Source of the DNA: a virus
Lineage: Duplodnaviria; Caudoviricetes
Virus record (IMG/VR): IMGVR_UViG_3300044645_002658
Span: 1-57,085 of that record
DNA: 57,085 bases
Direction: 5' to 3' (one strand)
Positions 9,259 to 18,414 of the stretch are shown piece by piece; position 1 is the first letter of the stretch; the number at the start of each line of letters is the position of its first letter. The notes beneath the pieces were generated by a model. That model saw only the letters and a list, made by a program, of their open reading frames with translations. It had not been told where the DNA came from and did no database searches. The translations under genes and the position numbers were made by a program.

Positions 9259-10425
9259 TTAGAAATGGATTGATATCCCTTCGGGTTTAGACCCTTCGGT
9301 GTAGAATTTTACCCTATTACCAAAATCATTTGATAATTCCGACAAAAGTTTTCTGTCATTCAAAATGTAATCACACTCAATGATATTAACAGAATACCCG
9401 TCATTTAATAAGTCATACATTAATCTCAATTGTTGTGATTCAACCAACATATCAGTTCCCTTTTTATAGGTTATATGATTCATAACAAATGGTACATTTT
9501 TGTCGGGATTAATTGTTTCCCAATGGTTTCTCAAGAATTGTGAGTGACTTTCATTGAAATCATCAACTGCGTATGGAAGATTTACTTTGAGTCCTAAAGC
9601 TGATGCAAAGTGACCTAAAGCTCTATTATCTCGTGGTAAACATGGTCCACCAAATCCAAAACCATAATTCAAATATTTGAAACCAACTCTCGAGTCATTA
9701 CCTATTGAATGTAATACCAACTTAATTTCATCAGACAAACCAGCGCTTGTTAGAATTTCACCAATCAAATTGGCATAACTAATTTTGGTGGTTAGAAAAC
9801 AATTTATTGATATTTTTGTAACTTCCGCAGCCATTGACGACATTGAATTAATCTTAACAGGTATTGTTTGAATTTTAGAATATATCTTAGAGAGGGTATT
9901 CACACTATTTTGATTAGTTGACCCAATCAAAACCATATCGGCCTGTTCCAAACCTTTGATAATTTCACCTTGAGCTATGAATTCTGGATTGTAACAAACA
10001 TCAATATTCATTGGATTCAAAATATCCATAATTTTTCTTGTATCACCAGGATTGGTTGTGCACCCAATAACAAATATTTTTCCAAAAACAGGTATTTCGT
10101 TTTCAAATGCCCAACCCCAATCATGCACAACATCCATTAAATACGTAATGTCGTATTCACCAGTTGGTTTAGAAGGAGTTGATACAAAGGTGTAAACAAC
10201 ATCACATTGTTCAATGACCTTCACATTATCTGTTGTTGCAGAAAATTTTGTGGTTTTTTGGAGTAACTCCAACACACCAGGTTCATTGGTCTGAATTAAT
10301 TTTTTATTCAAACCATCGATGTAATCTTGTCTTACGTCTGAAACTAATACATCAAACCCTGCTTGTTCACAGAGTAGTGCAAAAGTTATCCCTAATCGTC
10401 CAGCACCAATAACTCCTATTTTCAT
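9259..10425 (-). CDS. UDP-glucose/GDP-mannose dehydrogenase-family protein
   Basis: GAGRLG, YNPEFIAQG, AAEVTK and the catalytic GFGGPCLPRD. Confidence 0.9.
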   Translation of the reverse strand: MKIGVIGAGRLGITFALLCEQAGFDVLVSDVRQDYIDGLNKKLIQTNEPGVLELLQKTTKFSATTDNVKVIEQCDVVYTFVSTPSKPTGEYDITYLMDVVHDWGWAFENEIPVFGKIFVIGCTTNPGDTRKIMDILNPMNIDVCYNPEFIAQGEIIKGLEQADMVLIGSTNQNSVNTLSKIYSKIQTIPVKINSMSSMAAEVTKISINCFLTTKISYANLIGEILTSAGLSDEIKLVLHSIGNDSRVGFKYLNYGFGFGGPCLPRDNRALGHFASALGLKVNLPYAVDDFNESHSQFLRNHWETINPDKNVPFVMNHITYKKGTDMLVESQQLRLMYDLLNDGYSVNIIECDYILNDRKLLSELSNDFGNRVKFYTEGSKPEGISIHF

Positions 10426-11189
10426 ACTCTGAAGGTAGGTATTGGTCTCATTTTATGAATATTTTTTTTGTGCCAAGATTCATAAATTTTCATAACTTCA
10501 TTTTCTTTTGAACTGAATTCAGTTTTGTATTGACCAATCTCCATTGCCCACTCCAATTCTTCGTATGATGCTCCAATTTGGTCTTCATCACTTCTGCCAT
10601 CGGACCACAACCCATCTGTTGGTTTAGCATCCAATATTTCTTTTGTTACTCCAAGATACTTGCCAAGTTCCCTAACTTCCGTTTTGTATAAGTCGGCAAT
10701 TGGAGATATATCAACACCACCATCACCATACTTTGTAAAAAATCCAACCCCATAATCCTCAACCTTATTACCTGTCCCAACTACAATTCCGTTTTGAGTT
10801 GTTGCTAAGTGATAAAGTGAAATCATTCTGAGTCTTGAACGAACATTTGCACTAGCTAATTCACTAGTGACGGTCATCGAAAGGGTGTCATCAAGTAATT
10901 TGAAAACCTCACTGAGTTCAATTGTAGACTTGGTGACATTTTCATATTTGTCTTGAAGTATTGAAATTAGGTTGTTAGCTCGAATTGTCTCTTCAACATT
11001 TTGACGAATTGGTAAAACAACTAAGTTTGTTGGTAATCCTGTTTCAGCGCAAAGAGATGATACGGTGGCACTATCGATACCACCTGACACACCAACAACC
11101 AAAGATTCGATATTGTTGGTGATACAATAATTTTTAATCCAAAGAACAATTTTATTGGATAGTTCTTCGTAGTCTATAAAACGGTTCAT
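10422..11189 (-). CDS. nadE: NH3-dependent NAD+ synthetase
   Basis: VGVSGGIDSA PP-loop, NVRSRLRM, GTGNKVED, GFFTKYGDGG, DLYKTEV and PTDGLW. Confidence 0.95.
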   Translation of the reverse strand: MNRFIDYEELSNKIVLWIKNYCITNNIESLVVGVSGGIDSATVSSLCAETGLPTNLVVLPIRQNVEETIRANNLISILQDKYENVTKSTIELSEVFKLLDDTLSMTVTSELASANVRSRLRMISLYHLATTQNGIVVGTGNKVEDYGVGFFTKYGDGGVDISPIADLYKTEVRELGKYLGVTKEILDAKPTDGLWSDGRSDEDQIGASYEELEWAMEIGQYKTEFSSKENEVMKIYESWHKKNIHKMRPIPTFRV

Positions 11190-12823
11190 GAGTTGATAGT
11201 TTGTAAATAAAGTTTATGTATTTGATTTGTAACGTTCTTCGAATCAAATTTTTCAAGTTCAGATTTTGTTGGTGGTTCAAATAATGTTTTCTTGTTGATG
11301 TGTCCTGAGGAATCCACATCGTAAATCCAAGAAGGTTTACCACAAAACCAACTTTCGATAGTGGTTCTACCCAACAAAATTCCTGCGGTGTATTTTACCC
11401 TGTTGATATATTTCTCAGTATTCCAAGTTGGTTGTAAATGTTTTACGTGAGAGTTTTGTAATAGAGAATCCAAATAATCTGACTTATTTTCACCAAGGAG
11501 CCATAATTCTAAATTTTCTGTCCGAGTTTGTTCGACCAAATCTTTGATTGAATTTTCTCTCAAATAATCAATCGTTCCTACAAATAAACAGGCGTTTTCT
11601 TCCTTTTGGTTTGAAGAACGAAATCTATCTGAATCAACTGGATTATACATTACTGAACATTGAGATTCATCTATTTGGTAAACATTTTCAATATGTTCTT
11701 TAATTTCAGGTCTAATACAGATATAGTGTTTGATTGAATCGTGGACAACAGGTTTTTCCAATTCAATTACCTCCGAGTGTATTGTGCTGATTTTATCAAT
11801 TTGAGGGTACAGATTGAGAAAATAATTTGTTATCGGTTCATGTTGTAGGTGAATAATATCAAAACTAATATCTGACACACGATACATGGTATTTGGTATT
11901 GAAGGTCCGATTCCGTTTGGACCCTCTACTAACCATTTTCCATCCCCCATCTTATAACCTGGAGGTTCCGATGTTGGGAAAACTTTTATACCGACTTTTT
12001 TCGCCATTTCTGTGAGTGGTCCTCCAATTTCTGAAACCACACTAACATCATGACCCATTTTGACCAAATTTTTCGACAATTCAAAGATATAAACTTCCGA
12101 ACCAGTAAAGTTTTTGAAAAACAAACAACCAATTAAAATTTTTAATTTATCCTTATCCGTTTTTTTAATTTTTACTGGAAGTAGAGATTCAAATTCTTCG
12201 GCAAAAAGTTTTCTATTGGCATCCCATTGTTCATTAGTCATACCAATGGACTTGTGGGTAATTTTAATGTCGAATACTACCCCAATTTTTACTTGTTCAA
12301 TGAAATTTCTAAAACAGAAATTAACATCGTAAAGGTGGAACCCTTTTACATTCTCATCAAAGTTTTTCTTAATTCTATTTTTGTGTAATGCAATAAATAA
12401 TCCATCAACTAAGACAGTTTCTTTGATTGAATTACCCAAGTTATCCGAGTATTTTGAGGTCCATTTTTTACCTTCATGTTCGTGGTTAACAATACCTATC
12501 ATTTTTGTTCTGTCTTCCCACCACATTCCACTCTTAGGTAGTTGAGTACTGCCAGCTACACCCAAAATCCCATAATCGGACCTTTTGAAGTGGTTCATAA
12601 TTTTTTGACCCCAATTGTTTGAATCAAAATAAATGTCGTCGTGACAAAGTATTACAATGTCAAATGTAGATTGCTCTAAGATTTCATTGTAAACCTCGGT
12701 TAGTGATTTACCATCAGGATTTACTACTTCAATTATCTGGGAATTGTGGACACCGGAACTTTTTCTGAAATATTCTTGTAGTTCAGGGTTTGTTTCTCGG
12801 GTACTATAAGCGATTGTAATCAT
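11186..12823 (-). CDS. Bifunctional glycosyltransferase (N-terminal GT2-like, C-terminal GT-B/GT4-like)
   Basis: N-terminal LCHDD, GILGVAG, VDGLFI and FHLYDVNFC; C-terminal TGSEVYIFEL, NPVDSDRF and GRTTIESW. Confidence 0.8.
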   Translation of the reverse strand: MITIAYSTRETNPELQEYFRKSSGVHNSQIIEVVNPDGKSLTEVYNEILEQSTFDIVILCHDDIYFDSNNWGQKIMNHFKRSDYGILGVAGSTQLPKSGMWWEDRTKMIGIVNHEHEGKKWTSKYSDNLGNSIKETVLVDGLFIALHKNRIKKNFDENVKGFHLYDVNFCFRNFIEQVKIGVVFDIKITHKSIGMTNEQWDANRKLFAEEFESLLPVKIKKTDKDKLKILIGCLFFKNFTGSEVYIFELSKNLVKMGHDVSVVSEIGGPLTEMAKKVGIKVFPTSEPPGYKMGDGKWLVEGPNGIGPSIPNTMYRVSDISFDIIHLQHEPITNYFLNLYPQIDKISTIHSEVIELEKPVVHDSIKHYICIRPEIKEHIENVYQIDESQCSVMYNPVDSDRFRSSNQKEENACLFVGTIDYLRENSIKDLVEQTRTENLELWLLGENKSDYLDSLLQNSHVKHLQPTWNTEKYINRVKYTAGILLGRTTIESWFCGKPSWIYDVDSSGHINKKTLFEPPTKSELEKFDSKNVTNQIHKLYLQTINS

Positions 12824-13230
12824 TCGAAGACTTCAATATTTAATTTTTTCTTTGTCATTTTATTCCATTTACCTTCATACCGAGTTGCTCTAACAATATG
12901 GTTATCAATCCAGTGGTAATTACCTCCACGAGGTTTATTCATTAAAAGGTTATGATAGAAATAACCATGTTTTTGTAACCATTCTTCAGTTACTTTACGA
13001 TGACTTTCGGTTCTTGAAGTAAAGAAAGTAATTATGTGACCTTCACTATACCAATCATTTATGGTATCGACCGACCCTGGGTAGGGTAAACAAGTTTCCA
13101 TTCTCCACGGTTCTTCATTCGGAACGTCGTCAGTTATCGTACCATCAATGTCAATAAGATAGTTTTTCAAACCATCCGGCAATACTGGACTAATTGCATT
13201 ACCATTATATTCCTGTTGACCCAAATCCAT
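12820..13230 (-). CDS. Small HAD-family phosphatase
   Basis: YLIDIDGTI motif I, FFTSR, LLMNKP and WIDN. Confidence 0.8.
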   Translation of the reverse strand: MDLGQQEYNGNAISPVLPDGLKNYLIDIDGTITDDVPNEEPWRMETCLPYPGSVDTINDWYSEGHIITFFTSRTESHRKVTEEWLQKHGYFYHNLLMNKPRGGNYHWIDNHIVRATRYEGKWNKMTKKKLNIEVFE

Positions 13231-13813
13231 TTTCTCCTCTATCTTTTTCGCTTAATTTATCAGTTTCTGTGAAATTAATCCATCTACCATTCACCACGGG
13301 ACAAATACATGCTTGAGCAATTTTCATACCCGAATGGATTTGAATGGTGTCGTGAGTTGAGTTATACAGAATAACTTTAATCTCACCGTTGTAACCTGAA
13401 TCTACAGTTCCTGGTGTATTTAACACAGTAAGACCTTGATTTAGAGCTAGTCCGCTCTTTGGTCTAACTTGAATTTCAAAACCTTCCTTGATGTCAAACT
13501 TAAGTCCTGTAGGCACTAAAGCTCTTGAGAGAGGTTCGATGAAAGTTTGTGTTACTGAGTATAAATCAAAACCTGAATCTGTAGAATAGTTGTATTTTGG
13601 TGAAACAGCGTTAGGGTGAATCTTTTCGAACTTGACAACCATCCTTGGTTGTTTTTCATTGAATGAATCTTCAAGTTCTTTCAAACTGATTCCGTGTGTT
13701 TCTTCGAAATCCATTTCTTCTGAATCAGGATTTTCACCCATTTCATCATGAAGTTGACGAAGAATATTTGACAATTCTTCTTGTAGTAAATTTATCTCGT
13801 TGTTTAGTTCCAT
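13205..13813 (-). CDS. dut: Trimeric dUTPase with acidic N-terminal extension
   Basis: SGFDL, QVRPKSGLA, GTVDSGYNGE, KIAQ and RGENGFGSTG (motifs 1-5). Confidence 0.95.
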   Translation of the reverse strand: MELNNEINLLQEELSNILRQLHDEMGENPDSEEMDFEETHGISLKELEDSFNEKQPRMVVKFEKIHPNAVSPKYNYSTDSGFDLYSVTQTFIEPLSRALVPTGLKFDIKEGFEIQVRPKSGLALNQGLTVLNTPGTVDSGYNGEIKVILYNSTHDTIQIHSGMKIAQACICPVVNGRWINFTETDKLSEKDRGENGFGSTGI

Positions 13814-13814
13814 C

Positions 13815-14516
13815 TTATTGTAATTCTTTTAATTTTTTCATAACGTGAATCAAAACCTCAACATCACGCTCACAGTATTCAACAATCAAGTCAAGTTGGT
13901 TAAACATGTAATATGCCTCGTGAACTCTGTTTCCTGTTATTTCACCCTCTTTTGGTGAAGGAACCCCCAAAGCAGCACACATCAACTCTAAGGATGAAAG
14001 TGCAAAGTTGTTACCCATTTTCCAAATATCCATAGTATCTATTGCTTTTACTTCCCAAGGTTTTGTGTCATAACCTGGTAGTAAGGATGATGGTTTGATA
14101 CCGTTTATTACCATACGTTTTTGTATTGTTGGAATATCAAACATCTTGATGTTGTGTCCACACAACCAAAAATCCATTCTGAATACTTTATCCATCAAAA
14201 CATTAACATCTTTGAGTAACTTTTTCTCATCAGAATCCGAAAATGTTTGTTTATGTATTTTACCATCAGGAGTCATAAAGGCAAAACTAGCACAAACAAT
14301 ACGAGAAAATTCTGGTACTAAAGCCGCCCTGTTGAAATAAACTTCTTCTTTGGTAAGACTAGCGTCCTCAGGGAATCTTTTAAGAAACCAATCGAAGTAG
14401 TTATGAAATTGTTTCAGAAGTGCGGGATATTTTTCAGAAAGTTCCGCATAATCTTTAGTGATTCCAACTGTTTCAATATCAAAAAACAAAAGTTTATTAA
14501 TTGACTGATTAATCAT
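13815..14516 (-). CDS. DEDDy 3'-5' exonuclease (PolB-exonuclease-like, stand-alone)
   Basis: FFDIETV (Exo I), GHNIKMFDIP (Exo II) and YCERDV (Exo III). Confidence 0.88.
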   Translation of the reverse strand: MINQSINKLLFFDIETVGITKDYAELSEKYPALLKQFHNYFDWFLKRFPEDASLTKEEVYFNRAALVPEFSRIVCASFAFMTPDGKIHKQTFSDSDEKKLLKDVNVLMDKVFRMDFWLCGHNIKMFDIPTIQKRMVINGIKPSSLLPGYDTKPWEVKAIDTMDIWKMGNNFALSSLELMCAALGVPSPKEGEITGNRVHEAYYMFNQLDLIVEYCERDVEVLIHVMKKLKELQ

Positions 14517-14519
14517 GAA

Positions 14520-15734
14520 TTATTTAATTAAAGATTTGTAAAATTCAGCTCGTGTGTCAGTAACTTTATTGATGTCGTAAGTGTCTTTCACGGTTTCATA
14601 CAAACGTTGACCCAAATCAAATGCCCAATTCGGGTTATCTACCAACTTCTTTGAAAACTTAAACCAATCACTATGATTGCTTTTTTCATCAACCAACAAT
14701 GCGTTACCATTAACAAAATTTCCTTTGTCCAAAGAATGGGTAAGGTCCAATGTGTAAGGTCCAAGGTTTGATGCAATAAGAGCTTTTTTGTAGAAACCAG
14801 CTTCGATTACTTTAAGTTGTGACTTCACTCGGTTGAAGATATGATTTTTGATTGGTGCCAAAGATACGTCAAATTTTGCATAGTTTCTTGCGTATGCTTG
14901 AACAGGTCTTGTCCATACTCGACGATAAAACTCATCCGCGTACTTTGAATCATCCTCTTCTTTGAACCTCATTAAGAATTCTTGGTATTCAGGAGAAATC
15001 AATTTGGAGTTGTGTGTAAAAATGTTTTCATATTTGAACCAAACCGTTTCTTCAGGTTTGATTGGTCTTTGTTTTTGTTCTTTGGTCTGAGAATTGATTT
15101 CAGTTACCGTACCTCTTGTATCAAACCCACACAAAAACACCTGAGATTTGTCTTTTAACTGATACATTCTTGAGAACATACTCTCCAACAACATAATGTC
15201 GTGAAGGTGTGATGAACCACCCAACCATCCAAATCTCAGTCGGTCAGATTCTACAGTTGGTTCTTTGAACTGAGGTTCATTTGGATTAATTGCGTTAGGG
15301 AATACCACTACGTTCTTGTTGAATTTTCTAATTTCATCAGCAAAAAGTGGTGTTGTAGTTGTCACATAAGAGGCAACCTTAAGATTCTCAATAATTTTTT
15401 CATGAATTCCATTTACTCGAACTAAATCATGAATTGGGTGTTCTTTACCAGGTAACCAATAATCGTCCAAGTCCATGATGGTTATAATACCCATACTATT
15501 GAGTACTTGCACAAAGTTTTGAGTGAATTCGTAGTTGTTTGCGATTACTCGGTGGAAATGAACAATTTGGTATTGAGTCCAAAAGTTGTAATCATTTTGA
15601 GGGGGGTCAAAAACAATGTCAACGTGGAAATCGTCAGGGTATAAATTTTGTAAAAAAATGTGAGGGTCTACCGAACGAAATTTACCAACTCCTGTTTTGT
15701 CAGATGGTAATACTAAAACTTTAATTTTTGACAT
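14520..15734 (-). CDS. GT-B/GT4-like glycosyltransferase
   Basis: GVGKFR, MDLDDYW, FGWLGGSSHLHD, DVSLAPI and FNRVKSQLKVIEAG. Start placed at MSKIKVLV. Confidence 0.8.
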   Translation of the reverse strand: MSKIKVLVLPSDKTGVGKFRSVDPHIFLQNLYPDDFHVDIVFDPPQNDYNFWTQYQIVHFHRVIANNYEFTQNFVQVLNSMGIITIMDLDDYWLPGKEHPIHDLVRVNGIHEKIIENLKVASYVTTTTPLFADEIRKFNKNVVVFPNAINPNEPQFKEPTVESDRLRFGWLGGSSHLHDIMLLESMFSRMYQLKDKSQVFLCGFDTRGTVTEINSQTKEQKQRPIKPEETVWFKYENIFTHNSKLISPEYQEFLMRFKEEDDSKYADEFYRRVWTRPVQAYARNYAKFDVSLAPIKNHIFNRVKSQLKVIEAGFYKKALIASNLGPYTLDLTHSLDKGNFVNGNALLVDEKSNHSDWFKFSKKLVDNPNWAFDLGQRLYETVKDTYDINKVTDTRAEFYKSLIK

Positions 15735-15781
15735 GAGAATATTTTTCCTAAAGTATAGGAAAGGTCTCAATCAAAAAAAAG

Positions 15782-16369
15782 TTAGTTTTTCATTTTTTTA
15801 ATTTTTGTTACAACACCCTCAAATACGTGTTGTCCAACTCTGAATGAAATTTGTTCTTTGGTTTTTTGAGTTGACTCAGAAATCATACCTTTTTCAGTCA
15901 AAACCTCTTCGATTGTCTCTTTAATCACTGATTTGAGAAGGTTAATATCAAAATTGTTTGATTGATATTGTGGTTGTTGAGGTTGTGATTTTTGTGAGGC
16001 TATTTTACCAGCAGCATCAGTTTTCATCAATCTTGAAGCGGCTTGGACCAATTCGTTGCTGAGAACACTTCCGTTATTGGAATTTGGTTGTTCAATTGGA
16101 TGCTCAATCATCAATTTTTTGATGTGGTCAGGAAGTTTTGAATTTAGAATTTTGTCCTTGACAGGAATGTTACTATTTTCTTGGACCATCTGTTGTGGTG
16201 GTTGTCCCATAAATTCCTGTGGAATGTTGTAAGTGGCTGGTGGGGAATTAAAACTCTCTACCATGGGAGTATTGAAATTCCCTGTACCTACCCCTCCTCG
16301 GGGTTTTTTATCGTGGACATTCATTATTTGTTTTGCCACCATTAATTTTTGCATCAAATCGTTATTCAT
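15782..16369 (-). CDS. Hypothetical phage protein (Gln/Pro/Asn-rich)
   Basis: 195-aa ORF, translationally coupled within the operon; no recognised motif. Confidence 0.7.
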   Translation of the reverse strand: MNNDLMQKLMVAKQIMNVHDKKPRGGVGTGNFNTPMVESFNSPPATYNIPQEFMGQPPQQMVQENSNIPVKDKILNSKLPDHIKKLMIEHPIEQPNSNNGSVLSNELVQAASRLMKTDAAGKIASQKSQPQQPQYQSNNFDINLLKSVIKETIEEVLTEKGMISESTQKTKEQISFRVGQHVFEGVVTKIKKMKN

Positions 16370-16770
16370 CAGGCTGCTATTGGTTGATTATCAAATTTAG
16401 CGATTGTTATTATCGAACTCATACCTTTGTCACCACTAAAGTTATAGCCTGGATGGGGTTCTGTAAAGTTCTCACGGGAAAACTTAAAAGATGGCATTTT
16501 ATCAAGTCTGAATAATCTCCAACCAGGTAGAGGTTGAGAACCTATATATGCCGTGTGGGATGCTCCCGTTCTATCCCAAGCTCTTAAAACCAAATTACCC
16601 GCCTTTGACCTACCTAAAGCAACTGGTTCGATTTCTCTAATTCCTCGTCCACCAGGTTCATCTCCTTCATAATTTACTATGCAAACAATCTTATTATCGA
16701 TGGCTTTTTTTACATCATCGATTGAAGTTGCTTCAAATAGTAGGGATTTTAGAGATTCTAAAAGTTTCAT
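16369..16770 (-). CDS. Stand-alone WYL-domain protein
   Basis: Y...REIEPVALG...LVLRAWD...WRLFRLDKM is the WYL domain pattern. Confidence 0.75.
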   Translation of the reverse strand: MKLLESLKSLLFEATSIDDVKKAIDNKIVCIVNYEGDEPGGRGIREIEPVALGRSKAGNLVLRAWDRTGASHTAYIGSQPLPGWRLFRLDKMPSFKFSRENFTEPHPGYNFSGDKGMSSIITIAKFDNQPIAA

Positions 16771-17066
16771 TATACTTCTCCTTCTACTTGATATGGTTTG
16801 TTAGGTTGGTAAGCATTAAATTTGATGTTCATTTTTCTTTCAAAAACATCTACCGATGTTCCTGCAGCTTCATTGTAAACATCCAAGAATGTTCCAGTTC
16901 CTCTACCAATTGCGTCACCATCACCAACTGCATCAGGATTGGTTGAGGAATATTGGTTTCCTTGTTGGTTGTAATCGTTTTTAACCAAATTTTTCTTTCT
17001 TTCAATTTCTGCGATAGATGTCAATCTATTTACAGGTTGTGAAAAGTCTAAAGGTAATTGTTCCAT
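16770..17066 (-). CDS. Hypothetical phage protein
   Basis: 98-aa ORF coupled to its neighbours. Confidence 0.7.
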   Translation of the reverse strand: MEQLPLDFSQPVNRLTSIAEIERKKNLVKNDYNQQGNQYSSTNPDAVGDGDAIGRGTGTFLDVYNEAAGTSVDVFERKMNIKFNAYQPNKPYQVEGEV

Positions 17067-17069
17067 TTT

Positions 17070-17543
17070 TTACAGAATTTTTGTCATTAGGTCGTTTATT
17101 CTTTTCAAGCTTTCTGTTACTTGAAGGTCATATTTTTCAATGGCTTTTTTCTTAGCATCATCTTTAGATAGATTCATACTTGGATTTGAATTATCCATTT
17201 TTAATTCTTGATTGTCCATCATACCGGTGTTGTTTCTGATTTGGTTACTTGTCGACAAAGATTGTCTAGCACCTGAGAGGATACTATCAACAAATGTTTT
17301 CATTTTATTTTCACCATTGAGTATGAAAGGAGCGTCTTGAGGAGTTCCTGTGTAGTTATCAAAAAAATTTTTAATCCTTTTCAATTCAGGATAACCTATT
17401 GAAACCGCACTTTGTAATCTCTTATTTCTATTAAACCCCTCAGTGTTCGAATCAATACCTTTCAATTTTCCAAAACAAACTTTCATATGATTTCTCATAT
17501 CCTGTGGAAAGTCCCAAGATTTGTTATAAAGATTACTGTTCAT
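17070..17543 (-). CDS. Hypothetical phage protein
   Basis: 157-aa ORF within the operon. Confidence 0.7.
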   Translation of the reverse strand: MNSNLYNKSWDFPQDMRNHMKVCFGKLKGIDSNTEGFNRNKRLQSAVSIGYPELKRIKNFFDNYTGTPQDAPFILNGENKMKTFVDSILSGARQSLSTSNQIRNNTGMMDNQELKMDNSNPSMNLSKDDAKKKAIEKYDLQVTESLKRINDLMTKIL

Positions 17544-18369
17544 TTCTAATCAATTTAATAATTTCAGATTTACTAATACCACTCTTTTCAAGTTGTTTTA
17601 GTAAATTTTTGAGATTTTTTCTTATTAATAAAGGTAAATCATCAACTTTATTGAATTTGTCCTTTTTTTGAATATCTGAATCTTTTGATTTACCAACCAA
17701 CAAATCCTCCAACATACCCATCATTTTTTGACGTTGAACCTCTGTAATTTTTTTTTCAACCAATCTTTCTTGACCTTTCGAATCTAATTTGGGTGATTTT
17801 CCAAAAGTTGCACATCTTTCTTCAGCATTTTCAACCTCCAACTCATTTTTCATATAAACCACACAATCTTCATATGTCATTCCTGAGACATCTTCATACC
17901 CAAAAGCTCCTGACAAATCCTCTTCACCAAGAGTAATTGTTTCTTCTTTTGATTCACCGTAATAAACTCGATAACCTCTTTGAACAGGATTTCCGGCCTG
18001 TCTTGTTGAAAATATAGTTTGGTCCATAGTTTTTTGTGGTGACATTTTTGGGTCGTGGATTGGTATTTTCGAATTTGCAAATGAACCATCATAATCAATT
18101 AATTCATCAATTTCTTCTTTTTCAGGTGAGATTTTGTCGATGATTTTTTTAATGTCGGACTTTTTGAATTTTTTCTTTGATTTCATTACTTTTTCGACAA
18201 GTGTTAAAATATTTTTTTCTGACGACAAAGGTAATTGTACAAATTCATCGGTGGTTCTTGCCTCGGTTAGAGTTGAACTTACATTGTAATATAAATCAAT
18301 TGAGCTATCCCTTTTCTTCAAAAAGAAATACGTATCATTTGTATAATATTCAACACCAAACTTAATCAT
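17533..18369 (-). CDS. Hypothetical phage protein
   Basis: Start reassigned to ATG at 18369 (MIKFGVEYY), 14 nt downstream of a TATTTAT motif. Confidence 0.7.
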   Translation of the reverse strand: MIKFGVEYYTNDTYFFLKKRDSSIDLYYNVSSTLTEARTTDEFVQLPLSSEKNILTLVEKVMKSKKKFKKSDIKKIIDKISPEKEEIDELIDYDGSFANSKIPIHDPKMSPQKTMDQTIFSTRQAGNPVQRGYRVYYGESKEETITLGEEDLSGAFGYEDVSGMTYEDCVVYMKNELEVENAEERCATFGKSPKLDSKGQERLVEKKITEVQRQKMMGMLEDLLVGKSKDSDIQKKDKFNKVDDLPLLIRKNLKNLLKQLEKSGISKSEIIKLIRNEQ

Positions 18370-18383
18370 AAGATTTTTTACAT

Positions 18384-18390
18384 ATAAATA
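18384..18390 (-). promoter_or_regulatory. TATTTAT putative phage promoter element (leftward)
   Basis: Recurring motif on the coding strand just upstream of a start codon. Confidence 0.55.
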
Positions 18391-18402
18391 CCACAACAAA
18401 AG

Positions 18403-18409
18403 TATTTAT
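18403..18409 (+). promoter_or_regulatory. TATTTAT putative phage promoter element (rightward)
   Basis: 5 nt upstream of ATG 18415; forms a divergent pair with 18384-18390. Confidence 0.55.
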
Positions 18410-18414
18410 CACAT

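Noticed and set aside
1172-15734. Bacterial O-antigen or capsule locus (host contamination)
   Set aside because: No flippase, polymerase, export or membrane proteins are present; the genes are interleaved with dUTPase, exonuclease and PhoH and are contiguous with phage genes.
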